Of a stretch of 64,000 nt of DNA, positions 1-11,900 are shown piece after piece (the stretch's first letter is position 1; every line of letters begins with the position of its first letter). Made by a program: the position numbers and the translations under genes. The DNA is from Callorhinchus milii (lineage: Eukaryota): NCBI RefSeq assembly GCF_018977255.1, contig NW_024704742.1:112160001-112224000 (forward strand). The letters run 5' to 3'. A model generated the notes under the pieces. It ran no database searches. It had not been told where the DNA came from and was given only the letters and a program-made list of their open reading frames with translations.

Positions 1-929
1 TTCTCACTGTTTTTTCAACTATTCTTAAGTGACATGTAAAGCAGAAATGTGTTAAGTTGCAGGCTGGATAATTGTTATTTTGTATTGGATATGATGTCTA
101 CATTGTAAGAAAACAGACAGTACCAGTTGCTGTGTTAAAATGTGCACTCACAGTACTGAGTCACTGTAATTCTTCCTGCAGCTTACATACAGCTATCAGT
201 CCTACTTTTATTGTAACAAGTAAACATTCCAGCGTATTTAAAAAAGAATATTCAGTGAATATTTTATAAAATGTTCATGTCCATCTGTATCTCAGACGGC
301 AATCATTACAAAGATAGAGTGGGTACAGCAATGGCCCCTTGGGATCCATCTTTACATAGGTATCAAGACCTGCACAGTGGACAGCATCTGTCACATCATC
401 ATTAGGTAGCTGTCAGCCTAGCAACAATCCACACAACACAGGTTTTACTTGTGACACTCTCATTTATGAACCTTAACACTCAGGCAGCAATAATTAGAGT
501 TATCACAGAACGGAGAGCCTACAACAGACTTCTCGTTCAGTGCAGATCCTGGTTATTCTCCTAAGGCGACAATGCTGCTTCTGGTGCACACAGGCTACAT
601 GTGCACATACCAGGATGATGGTTTGAGCAGCACCAGCAATGATCCACAGCACTCACGCTTTGGAACCTTTGCTGTGATAAGTTCAAGAAAACCAGAAGAG
701 GAAATAAACATCAGTTGTGCTTAAATGTTACTTATCTGACAAAGAAACAAGAAATATTGTGATTCTTTGACATCAAAACAGGTTGCATCCAGAGGTATTT
801 TTCTAAAACAAATCTCACTTTTTCCACTTTCCTTTTATGAAGACACAGACATACGTTGAGGTACATTGACATGAGCATTAGTTGCCCTAAGCTACTTTGC
901 CAACTTGTCTATTTTTCATTCATGACCCT

Positions 930-1170
930 AGACAATGATCACTGGTGATGAAGCCACAGGGGTATCCTAGATTAGCCTGTCCCTGTCCTCAGACAACAAC
1001 CACACATGTACATTCCAACAAGAGGTCACTGGATAGATAAGGAATAGGCAACCCGACTGATTTTTCCACTCAGGTTCACTAAGATTAATTGTAATTCTCC
1101 CGCTGCCAAAAGAGCTAACATAGGGACTCTCCTAGTCCCTGTGGCTTATTGGTCACACTGTGTAGTGTCT
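930..1170 (-). mobile_element. Very old SINE-like fragment (same family as 43410-43720)
   Basis: Weak but collinear similarity to 43437-43580, judged by eye. Confidence 0.35.
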
Positions 1171-1959
1171 ATAATAATAATAATCCTTAAATTTTAAGTA
1201 GCACCTTGCATATCAGAAGGCTGTCTCAAAGCACTTCACATGATTTATTGTAGAGTGTATTGATTGAGTATTTTCTTGGCTGAGTCTATACCAATCTGCA
1301 ACACATTTATTTCTTAATGTGGTAACAGGTTGTATGTTAATGTCTGAATCAGTATGATACCTTACATGGGTATATCCACAAGTTTACAAACATTGAACTA
1401 TAGTTTTGAAAACATTGTCAAAATCAGGCACATTAAATCACTGCATTTAGCTCTGATCTAGGGAAGAGAATATTAAGATGACTGAAATATGTAGTAATGC
1501 AAAACCATATGAGACATTCGTGAGATGACACAGAAAGGTAAACAAAGACAAACCATATTTTCAGTATATAAGTAAAAATGCCAAACGTGACCTTAATATA
1601 ATGCAATACCTTGCTTCATACAGTTTCTAATTTGACTTTCAAAATGAAAACTTATAATAGCACACTATAAATGGAAGTTAATGTTAAAATGCTAATTGCA
1701 CTTAAGCATAATTTCATTGACAAGGAGCACTCTTTTGATGTAAAATAATGTCTCAAAACATTTGATAAATGCAGTGATGCACAGAGAGTAGTGGTTTGGA
1801 CCAAATGGATGGTGAAGGGCAAGCAATATACCAGAATTAGAAATGAAGAGTATATGAACTGCAATACAGAGCAGTAGAAGATTGCAAAAGTAGGGTGGGC
1901 CAGATCATCAATTGACTTCAATAAGGTTAGGATTAACGAGTGTTTTTTTTGCTCCTCTA

Positions 1960-2645
1960 GTTGCCTGAAACATTCAGAAACCCAGCACCGTGCTTAAAAA
2001 TATCCAAACTAGACTGGGAGTTCCACATATGTATGCCATTTACACATAGACACTTAATAACAAATAATAATTCAACTGATAATAATCCTTGCATTTGATA
2101 TAGCACTTTATCACATCTTAAGATGTCTCAAAGCGCTTCATAGAATCTACTACAAAATGAATTGACTGCATATTTTGTGGGTGAAACTTCCATGTGTCTG
2201 GAATGGAATGCGCACTCTTCCTCTGGAAGGATGAAACCCGCTTATCTAATCCTGGAGAGTATGAGACATATTTTGCCAAGAGCCACAGCCTGTGGAACCC
2301 AGAAAGTGTTGGGATAACTGTGTGTTGGGAGTTTAAGCAGCTAAAACCACATATCTTGCCATTGAGAGCACCATTTGGTTAGCTTCCCGCTGAACCATCC
2401 TACCTATTAGGACTTTGGGTTGCAGAGTTAACAGGAGATAAATGGGAAAAATCCTTGCCCCTAGTCTGCCCTCCAAATCCTTAAGCACATTTGGCCTGTC
2501 ATTAGCAGCCCTCTGGAGTTACTGTAAACACAGCTTGCTGAGGAACCAAGAGCACAAGAGAGGGTTGACTCAGTTCTGATATTCTGTTACCAAATATCTC
2601 ATCTTGGAACCATGATGCCAACTAAGCTCCAAGGGAAGCACTCTT
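1960..2645 (+). mobile_element. Unclassified old interspersed repeat, copy A (contains a SINE tail at 2078-2190)
   Basis: Collinear homology with the reverse complement of 55470-55800 plus 53030-53260 (e.g. agttccacatatgtatgcc vs agttccatataggtatgcc; gagggttgactca vs gagggttggctca). Confidence 0.7.
2078..2190 (-). mobile_element. SINE 3' tail fragment
   Basis: aataatccttgcatttgatatagc...caaagcgcttca is the reverse complement of the SINE 3' end. Confidence 0.8.
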
Positions 2646-2712
2646 AACATATAGAACCCCACCCCACTCCCTCAGCCCACAAGGGGAAAGGCTTGTGCAG
2701 TAAATAATTGGG

Positions 2713-2953
2713 TATAATAAAAAAAATCCTTTTTTCATGTCTTCTAGACATCTCAAAGCGCTTCACAGAATATACTGTAAAGTGAATTGACTGTATATTT
2801 GTGGGTGAAACGCGGCAGCCAATTACCCACAGCAGTGTCCCACAAACAGTCGTAGATTGAATGACCAAATTATTATTGTTTTTTTTTCTTGAGGGATTAT
2901 GATCAGGCATGTGGAGCAAGGAAACTTGCCCAAGGTTTCGCCCTGCCAGGAAT
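2713..2953 (-). mobile_element. tRNA-derived SINE, 5'-truncated
   Basis: Matches the body and tail of the full copies at 43872 and 59866. Confidence 0.9.
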
Positions 2954-3029
2954 TAGATTAATTATAGCCTGGAGAGCATCCAAAATAAAGCGGTGAGCGC
3001 TAGCAAAGCCCCAGAACATCTAGAAATTA

Positions 3030-3155
3030 AAAAAAAACAAGGAATGCTGGAAATCGGAAATCAAAACTAAACTGTTGGAAACACACAGCTGGTCAATCAT
3101 TATCTGAAAGAGAAAGTTAGGTTAACATTTAGGGAGTGACCCTTCATCAGAAACA
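3030..3155 (-). mobile_element. Penelope-type terminal-repeat fragment with degenerate hammerhead motif
   Basis: Minus strand reads CTGATGA-AGGGtcactCCCT-aaat-GTTAAC; homologous to 38758-38867 plus 41586-41616. Confidence 0.6.
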
Positions 3156-4419
3156 GAATATTTCCCTGACCTTATATAGTGCATTATCCTCACACCTTTC
3201 CGGTTGCAAATCTAAGCTACTTGAGCAGTTTTCTCACTTAAGAAGTACCTGCTAGAAAGAGTTTATACAAATCCACCTTTGGGAAATCGGGAACCTTCAA
3301 GTAGTTCCCGCTTGAAGGGGAAACAGTAACACAGCAACTGTAGAGATGCCTGGAATTTGGTGTTAGCAGCTCTCATCCGAGGACTTATGGCAGCAGATCT
3401 GAGAAGAAGAGAGATGATAGAAGGCTCAAAATTAAAGTATTCAAGGTGGAACTGTGGGGAAAAAAGATCAACATTTTGAAGTATAGATTAGTATTTAATA
3501 ATGCTAAATGTGTAGCAACCTCCATGAAAGCCCAGTGGGAAATACATAAAATATTGAAAATCCCATAATAACCACCTCTATACTCTCCCCTGTGACTCAA
3601 ACCAGAAATCTGTGTTGGCAGCACTATGTGTTCCTTCAGGCAATGGCAGGAACGGGGCTTAGAATTCAGAGGAGACCTTTTGATAATGAAGGCAACTACT
3701 CCTTTCAACAATTATCAGAGAAATTTCATCTCAATAATTCTGTTCTTTCAATACCTATAGCTCCCGTCAGCTTTTACTGCTTTAGTATCGTCTCTTCTCA
3801 AAGCTGAACTCAAAGCCACCGTTGTGTCTACTGGAGGATGTGATCTTTTTTCTTCCTGTACTACATAATGTACATTCTGCCACATAATCCTAGGGTTAAA
3901 TAATACTGAAGGAGAATTCTCATTGTATTCCACTTGTTTTTGACTAATTTGTCTACAAAATACACTGTCATTGCACTTTACAGTAAATGCTGTTAAGCAC
4001 TTTCAGATGTCTTCCTTAAGTAAAAGTTGCCACATCAAATGTAAGCAATATTATTATTATTTAGTAGATTCCTAAGGAATATTTCCAGAGCTAAACCTAC
4101 TTGACCATTTCTGCTTTTAGGCACCATTGCTTTTCCTAGGCGTTCTCCTTTGTCTGCAGGGGAAGTGCAGCTTTAGAATCTGGTGAGAAAAAATCGTAGG
4201 AAGAAAAATACATTGTTTTAAAACCAATTTGATGATTATTAAATATGTCATTGAATCGGTCATAAAATATTAAGTTTTTCAGTTGTTGTAGCTGACTCAA
4301 GATACTCAAACACAAGCAAAATAAGTTCTCATTAATGCGATGTGGAAAATCTCTAAAATAATGAAATAAATCAGAAGTTACAGCAGAGTTTACAACATTA
4401 ATCCCTTCAAATAAATAAA

Positions 4420-4580
4420 TAAACAAATTGGTCACTCAATCCACTGCTGTGTGCAATTGGCTGCTGCGTTTCACCCACAAAGTGTACAATCAATTCACTT
4501 TACAGTGTATTCTGTGAAGTGCTTTGAGATGTCTCGGTGACGTGATAAGGTGCTATATTAAATGCAAGAATTATTATTAC
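4420..4580 (+). mobile_element. SINE 3' half
   Basis: gctgtgtgcaattggctgc...tgtgaagtgctttgag...aatgcaagaattattatt. Confidence 0.85.
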
Positions 4581-5554
4581 TAATGAATAAGGAATAATTA
4601 GGGCAGAAACTAGCTTCACTTCTTGGTAAGGGGCAGAGGTCTAATTTCTGCTAATGTAATTTGGCTCATGTAAATCTGATTGCTGGGATTATGTTTATTA
4701 TGACTAATATTTATGGATTGAAAAAGAAGAGGAACAAACAGAATGAGGCTGACATCTCCAATACTCTTATCCTTAAGACCAATTTCCTAAAGTGAAAGGT
4801 TTTGGAAGAATTGGAAGAACATGCAGAATTTTGGAAAATCACTTGGAAGCTGTTTTTCTGCAATTGAGAGCTGGAGTCCTTCGAACTTTTCCATCAGACC
4901 TCTACACCTTGTTCTTCACAGGATGCTTCTGGGACAGAAAAAGATCCATTCAAACTCTGGCCAGCTTGGTAGGTAGGTGATGGTTGACACTCTGGAGACT
5001 CTGGCTCTTCCAAATCATCTCTTCATTCTTGAAGCAAATTCACCTTATCTCTGTAACATCAAATCCTTCCAATGTGAAAGATGTCATATAAATGTAATTT
5101 GTTTTTGTTGTTCTTGAACTATATCAGTAACAATTATAAAGGGGATAATGCCAATAAAACCGTATCCTACCAAAACATATTTATCAGGGGAGATGAAGAC
5201 ATGTTTGTCTGTGATACTTGATCAATGGCAAAGAATTCTGCAACCCCTCTCCATGCCCCATGCCAGCTTATTTTGCTATTTCTTTCAATTGTGGTTTGCA
5301 ACGTTTACATGGGGCTTATAGAAATTTGCACCTAAGATGATGTACCCCCATGTAATAATGTGCTTTCCACATCTTTGGACATGATTCCTTTATTGAATGA
5401 TGAAAAAGATGCATGGAATGATACCAAGCCTATCATTCAAAGGGAAAACATCATTATGAGAGCAATTTAAAATATCAAAATTAACAAATGGAGATCACCG
5501 TAAAGTGGTGCAGTACTTACAAGTGAAAAGGTAATGGTTTATAACAATTGTCCA

Positions 5555-5760
5555 CAAAAACTTGCATTTATATAATGTAACAGGATATCTCAAAGTGCTT
5601 GACCACAGTGGTGATGCACACTGAGAAGGAAAATTAGAGAGTTAAAGTGGCTGAGCAAAGGCACAGTCAAAGAAATACGATCTGAGGATAGGGAGATGTA
5701 GAAGGCAAAACATTTTTTGAATGAGAGTTCCAAAGGACAGAAATATGGTGCTGAAACCTC
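5555..5760 (-). mobile_element. Old L2 3' fragment
   Basis: aaaacttgcatttatat tail remnant plus gagagttcca motif shared with the L2 3' end. Confidence 0.45.
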
Positions 5761-6404
5761 AGATAATTGATGCAATGGAAAATGTGACACTAATATCACC
5801 TCTTATCTAGCAGTAGATGTGAAAGTAGAATATGGATCTTCTCACATGATTATACTTAAATAAATGTGCATAGAAATGCTATACTGTAATAGATGTTACA
5901 ACTGTAACACATTCACCCTAATTTTTTGAAATACATCAGACCCTCTATGATCGAAAGGTGGGAAATTTTCTTTTTTTGATACACTTTGCTATTATTTTCA
6001 TATGATTGTTACTTTTTATTCTAAGATGTAACTTTCAGCAGAAGTTCTGGGATGTATTAATGTAATGTGTCACAGTGTTAGGACACAAATTCTCCCCCAA
6101 ACATCCCCAAATATTAAGTGTCCAATCTCAGTTGGGCTGCATGAAAGAAAGACAGAATAGAAAATTTGCTTCCCATACAGAAAAAAGTAGGAAAAGTCAA
6201 TTGACACTATTACTCACCGTTCAGAACTCAGCTGAAGAGTAGCATTTCAAGGGATTGGGAACAGGTCTCATTCAAGGAATAATGCAACTGTGTGAGAAGA
6301 CTGTAGATGGAGAGAAAATGGATACCACTGGACATCTTTTCCATCAGAGCTGTTTTACATTATTGTAAAATAGATAATGTTTCTCTATTTCAATGCCACT
6401 TCAA

Positions 6405-6668
6405 GACGAGACATTAAACCAAGGGCCCATCCGTCTGTTAGGTGCATTTAAGGATCCCATGGCACTATTCGAAAAAGAAAAGGGAATTTCAGACTGTCCT
6501 AATCAACGATCCCCATGATAAAATTGGGATTCACTTCTTGGGTGTTTGTGGGATGTTGCCGTGCACAAATTGACTGCAAATACACAGTTACTATACTTTT
6601 GTATAATGATGTGAAGGGTTTGAGGCATTTTATCAATGTGATGAGGTACTATATCAAATGCAAGGGTT
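6405..6668 (+). mobile_element. Old DeuSINE-type SINE (Deu domain plus tail)
   Basis: gagacattaaaccaagggccc...gatcccatggcactattcgaa resembles the recalled Deu domain of the AmnSINE1/SacSINE1 group; tail tatatcaaatgcaagg is shared with the young SINE. Confidence 0.75.
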
Positions 6669-6738
6669 GTACTATATTTTTGATTACTTAGGCACTATAA
6701 TTAAAACACTGCAGTACCTCAAATGAAAAGAAAACAAC

Positions 6739-7667
6739 AAATTTACGGACGACACAAAGTTAGGTAGGATAGTAAACAGTGAGAAGGATAGCAGCCAACT
6801 GCAAGAAGGCATAGACAGAATGGTAAAATGGGCAGACACATGGAAGATGAATTTCAATGTGGAGAAATGTGAGGTAATGCATTTTGGAAGAAAGAATGAG
6901 GGGAGGCAATATAGGCTGGTAATACAATCTTAAGGGGGGTGAAGGAACAGAGAGACCTGGGGATTCAGGTAAATGAATCCTTGAAGGTGGCAGGACAGGT
7001 AGATAAAGCTGTAAAAAGGGCATATGGGTTACTGGGCTTTATAAATAGGGGTGTAGAGTACAAGAGTCAGGAGGTTATGATTAACTTATATAAAACACTG
7101 GTTAGGCCTCAGTTAGAATACCGCACCCAGTTCTGGGCACCACACTATAGGAAGGATATTAAGGCATTGGAAAGGGTGCAGAGGAGATTTACAAGGATGG
7201 TACCAGGAAAAAGGGACCTTGATTAGGAGGAAAGGCGAGAGAGGTTAGGACTATTCTCATTGGAGCAGAGAAGGTTACAAGGAGACCTAATAGAGGTCTC
7301 CAAAATCATGAGGAGATTTGATAGGTTAGAAAGGGAAAAACTGTTTCCACTGGTGGGTGTGTCGGTGACTCGAGGTCACAGATTCAAAATAGTTTCTAAA
7401 AGAAGCAGAGGGGAGGTGAGAAGAATTTTTTTCACGTAGCGAGTTGTTCAAATCTGGAATGCATTGCCTGAAAGGGTGGTGGAGGCCAATTCGATAACAA
7501 CTTTTAAAAATGCGGTGGATAGGTGTTTGAGGAGGTTGGGTTTGCAGGGTTATGGGGAAAGGGCTGGGGAGTGGGATTGACATTGCATTGCTCTTTTCAA
7601 AGAGCCGGCACAGACACGATGGGCCGAATGGCCTCTTATTGTGCTGTACGATTCTATGATTCTATGA
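6739..7667 (+). mobile_element. CR1 (L3) LINE, 5'-truncated 3' end
   Basis: KFTDDTKLG...WADTWKMNFNVEKCEVMHFG and LYKTLVRPQLEY...ALERVQRRFTRM reverse-transcriptase C-terminus with disablements; ends in (ATTCTATG)2. Confidence 0.95.
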
Positions 7668-8989
7668 ACTATTTCTGGGTTAGTATTAGCCTTTTTTATT
7701 TAACTATGTATGGAATAATATTCTGACAACAACTGCTATATATTTGCAAGCTAATTATCAAATCCAACAACAACGACACAAATTGCATTACATAACCTTT
7801 CATAACAGGAGGCTGTCCCAAGGAACTGGACAGTCAAGAATTTGCACCCAAACTGGGGCGTGGATTCGGTAGGAAAGTAGCAGTTTGTGTCAGATTATTA
7901 TTCTATATATAGTTACAATATAACTATTTGTTTTCTTTTTATTAATCCAGTTTTTAAACATAATAAGTTTAGCTGCCACCTTGCTTTAAAAAGTGTTGGT
8001 GATATTTTAAAATCTGGGAGGCTTTTCCACTAGTAAGTTTGTTGATTTGTTTATGAGCAATAACAAGACCATCAACATACCTTTAATAGTTATTGTAAAT
8101 ACATTTCTGATCACAAGAAGCTAACTCATCACAACTCCAGAATATGTTAGTGATCATTTTCAAGATGCTTCCTCAGAACCTGAGTCCTGATATCAACAGA
8201 ATGAAAATAACACATTGTTCCAGTTCCTTGTCTCTTGTTATCACTAACTTGGGCAGATTGATTGTCATTTTTTTTGCAACCAAATTGGTTTAATATTCAG
8301 TATGGAGCATGTTTCTGTAAGCCATCCTGTGCTCCTATTTTAGGTGTCTGTCGATATCCCTATCGCATGCATATATATATATATATTGTTTTACTTATAT
8401 TATTCCTCAGATTCAATGATGATGCTTAAATAAAATTACGCTATTGGCTCACAATACATTCAACATTATTATTCATAAAATTAATAATTTATAAATAAAA
8501 AATAATCTATAAATAATTGCAATAATTTATAAACGTGTGCAAGCTTTAGTCTTATCTTCCATCTCTTGAGCTCGACAATATTCATCAGGAGAAGATTGCT
8601 TCTCTGCCTGTTTTGCACCATACATTTTAATCCAATGCTTTTCTCACAATGTTTGCACAGTCCACATTGCATAATCGTTTACGCAACAATACACTGGCGG
8701 ATATGATGATCAAAATGAATTTAAATGTACGATCACAGAACAATCGTTCCTATAACATTTCTATTCTGGCATTCGAGGTCCCAGCAATTTTTATGTTGCG
8801 CTTCCACCAAAAAAAAACCTTGAAAATATAAGTTACGAAGAAGCAGAATTGCAGAAAGACCACCAAAAACCTTTGTACAAAATTTACTGATAATGTTTTA
8901 TGCAAAGAAAACTAGAACAGGCTAAACTGAAACGCATTTCTTATCGGTTGTGGCTTAATGATTTCTCTGAATTAATATTGAAGGTAACG

Positions 8990-11900
8990 TTTAAGAGGAC
9001 TCGCTTGGCTCCTGTCTGGTTAATATTTTAACCATTACTGTCTGGCTGTCAATCCTTCCATTCCAAGTCAATTTTGCTTATTTGTGAGTCTGAAGATAGC
9101 ATAATTACACCAGAAACATGAATTAACCATGTGACGCTGGGGATGATTTCTGACTGGTATATTTTTGAGGCTCCAAATTAATTACTGCCCTTCATTTGCA
9201 GTGTGCAATCAAGCAAACTTACACTGAGACACGTTTTGTTCTGTTTTAACGAGGATGTAAAACTGAAGGTACAAGAGAAAAGTACCATTTACCTGCAGGC
9301 TACCCCGTTACTTTGAAGCTTTGCTTTTTTTTTTGGGGGGGGAGGTTTTAACTCAATTGATAAGTGCACACAACCCGCAGTCGTGGATTTATTTCACCAG
9401 CGTCTGGGAATAATTGGGTGAAAGAAACACGACTCTTTCGATCGAGCAACACGGAAACCATATCCTACGCAAACTGGGGGGGAAAAAAATGATGTAAAAG
9501 ACAGTTGTTTTAAAACAAGGACGTGAAGCGTGGATGAATAGAAACTGGCACGGATACTCTAAATCTAAATTCATTTGACAATTCTCTTCTGCAATCAGAG
9601 TTGTGAACAAATATTATCTGAGCTAAATAGAAATAAGTAGGACTGGGATGGTCTGTCTCTTGTTCTCCGGGTGTTTTCATTGCCAGCCATATGCGAGTGC
9701 CTTCAAGGTGATTAAGTATATGGAATATACAGGACGATCTCTGCTCTCGAGGTGAGGCATCCTGGACATACATTAAGCTTAAAATGAATCAAAGAAGGAA
9801 ATGTTTGAAAGAAGCAAGAAGGGAAATGGGGCCAAAATTCTGCTTACTGACTGCAGCACTGCAGACTGCAATCTGCATATTCTCCCTGAAAGGTATTGAC
9901 TGCACACTATATGAAGTGATGATTTAGGCTAACCTGGCTTTGTAGAAGGGAAACGTGCAAAAGGGAAAGAGGCATTCGTTTATGTGTAACGTTGCATCTT
10001 TCACGTGTTTAACTACAGGATCGTCTTCCGCAGTCGCAACTTTAACCATCTAATGCACAGTGACATTTCGTTGTTCAAGGAATAAGTTGTTTGGAATGAC
10101 GCACCGGGCACCTGTAACACCCATTCATCCCAGGCTTTAGCGAGGTCATGGAGCAAACCTCATCACCTCATCAGAAACATTCTGCAACCCAGGTCACTGT
10201 ACAGCGCCAGCCAGGTTAACGTCAGCAGAAGGGCAACAACGTACAATTTGCAGGTAGGGTCAGCCCTCTCGCCTGATCTGCAAACTAAAGTGGGATTCGA
10301 AAATAAACCTACCTGCACAACAACACACAACAACCTCAGTTAAAATACCATCACAATAAAGTTTATGATAATAATAATAATAATAATAATAGTAATCCTT
10401 GCATTTGATATAGCGTCTTATCACGTCCTTCTTCAAAACGAGACATTATTAAAATACAGTACCACCGTAGGTTTTGGAAAATGATGCCACTTAAGGCATT
10501 GCAAATGTAAATACTATTTGAAAGGGTGGGATGCTTTACAAGAAATGTGCTTTATTTACTCCTTTTTTTAAAAGAATGACACGAGGCGAGTGGACGTAAA
10601 ATGCATTCTTATTTTATGGTAAAAATCGGATAATCACCACTCATTTATTCACGTGTGTATGCAAATTCCTCACATGGGTCATAAATTTCTCCCCTGCAGA
10701 CAAAATGGCATTTACCTAATACAAGTTCATGAAGTAGAATGGATTTCACCATTTATATATTCCCCCCTTTTGAATAAAACTAAAGCAGAGCTTATTACTT
10801 AATGACATTATCTATAGCATTGAAATGGGTATGCGTTGTTTGTTTGAAGATAATTATACATATATATATGTACACCAATCTGTACAGTCTTCTCTGATTC
10901 AGTGATTCTGGGACTGAAATCAAAGGGCCCAGTCAATGTTTTATTCTGCTGATAATGAGCTGAGGTTCCTCCCGTCAGTCTCTGAGTAATGCAGTCACAC
11001 AATGTTGCGGCTCCCAGTAGGAAGCAACATGGGAATTAACATGCAAATTATTTCAATTCAAAGGGAAGTGAGTGTGAGCGCTAATGAACACCAAAGCCTG
11101 GTGTTGATTCCTCTGTGTGATCATCCTGTTTAAAGCCGTTAATATTATATGCGTCCTGCTTTCTGTCATTGAGGGGACCAGTACTATTAAAATGCTCTCC
11201 CCCTCCCTCTGTTATAAGGTACCACCCTGCAGCCTCACATCAAGGAGGAGGGTGATACTGTAAACCTAGCAAGTGAATATGGAAAACTCATCAATAAAAC
11301 AGCAGCTTTGTCATCTTTTAAAACTGTCCTATAGCCTTTATGTCGGCCTAAACAAAATACGTTTTGCCACTTAGTGGATTCAAATGGAGAAAACACTGAT
11401 ATATGACGTGCTGCAGCTTTGCTGAGAATCATGCGTTGTATTAAAACGTAAGGGTTCAAGATGTCTGCAATCCAAACACAGCAACATACTGAAAGATAAT
11501 ATATTGCCAAATGTTGACGTCACATACAGATACAATAGCTGGAACTAGACTGAACGTATTTGAAAAGTTTCTAATCTCATTACAGACCCTAGGCGACCGT
11601 GTAATTATTTACAAGGAGGGTTACAAATCTGACATATAAATTAGTTTTGAATGCATTTCAGCTCCAAATCGTACAAACAGTAACATTGCAAAGAACAATC
11701 CTTTTTTTTAAATTTAAAATGTTGTCCTTATGTAAAGAGAGTAAATTTTCTGTGCTTTGTATGAGTTGTTTACATAACTCATAAGAACAATATGCATTCC
11801 AATTACCTGCCCACATAGTAATTGTTATATATCTATAACAACAAAGGGTGTAAACATCTCAGAGGAAAAATTAGTTTAACCTCAACAAAATTGCCTAGCT

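Noticed and set aside
4922..4968. Possible + strand exon (ttcttcacag ... TTG|gtaggt); also 4160-4182
   Set aside because: Splice-like signals only, no recognisable product; frequency compatible with chance
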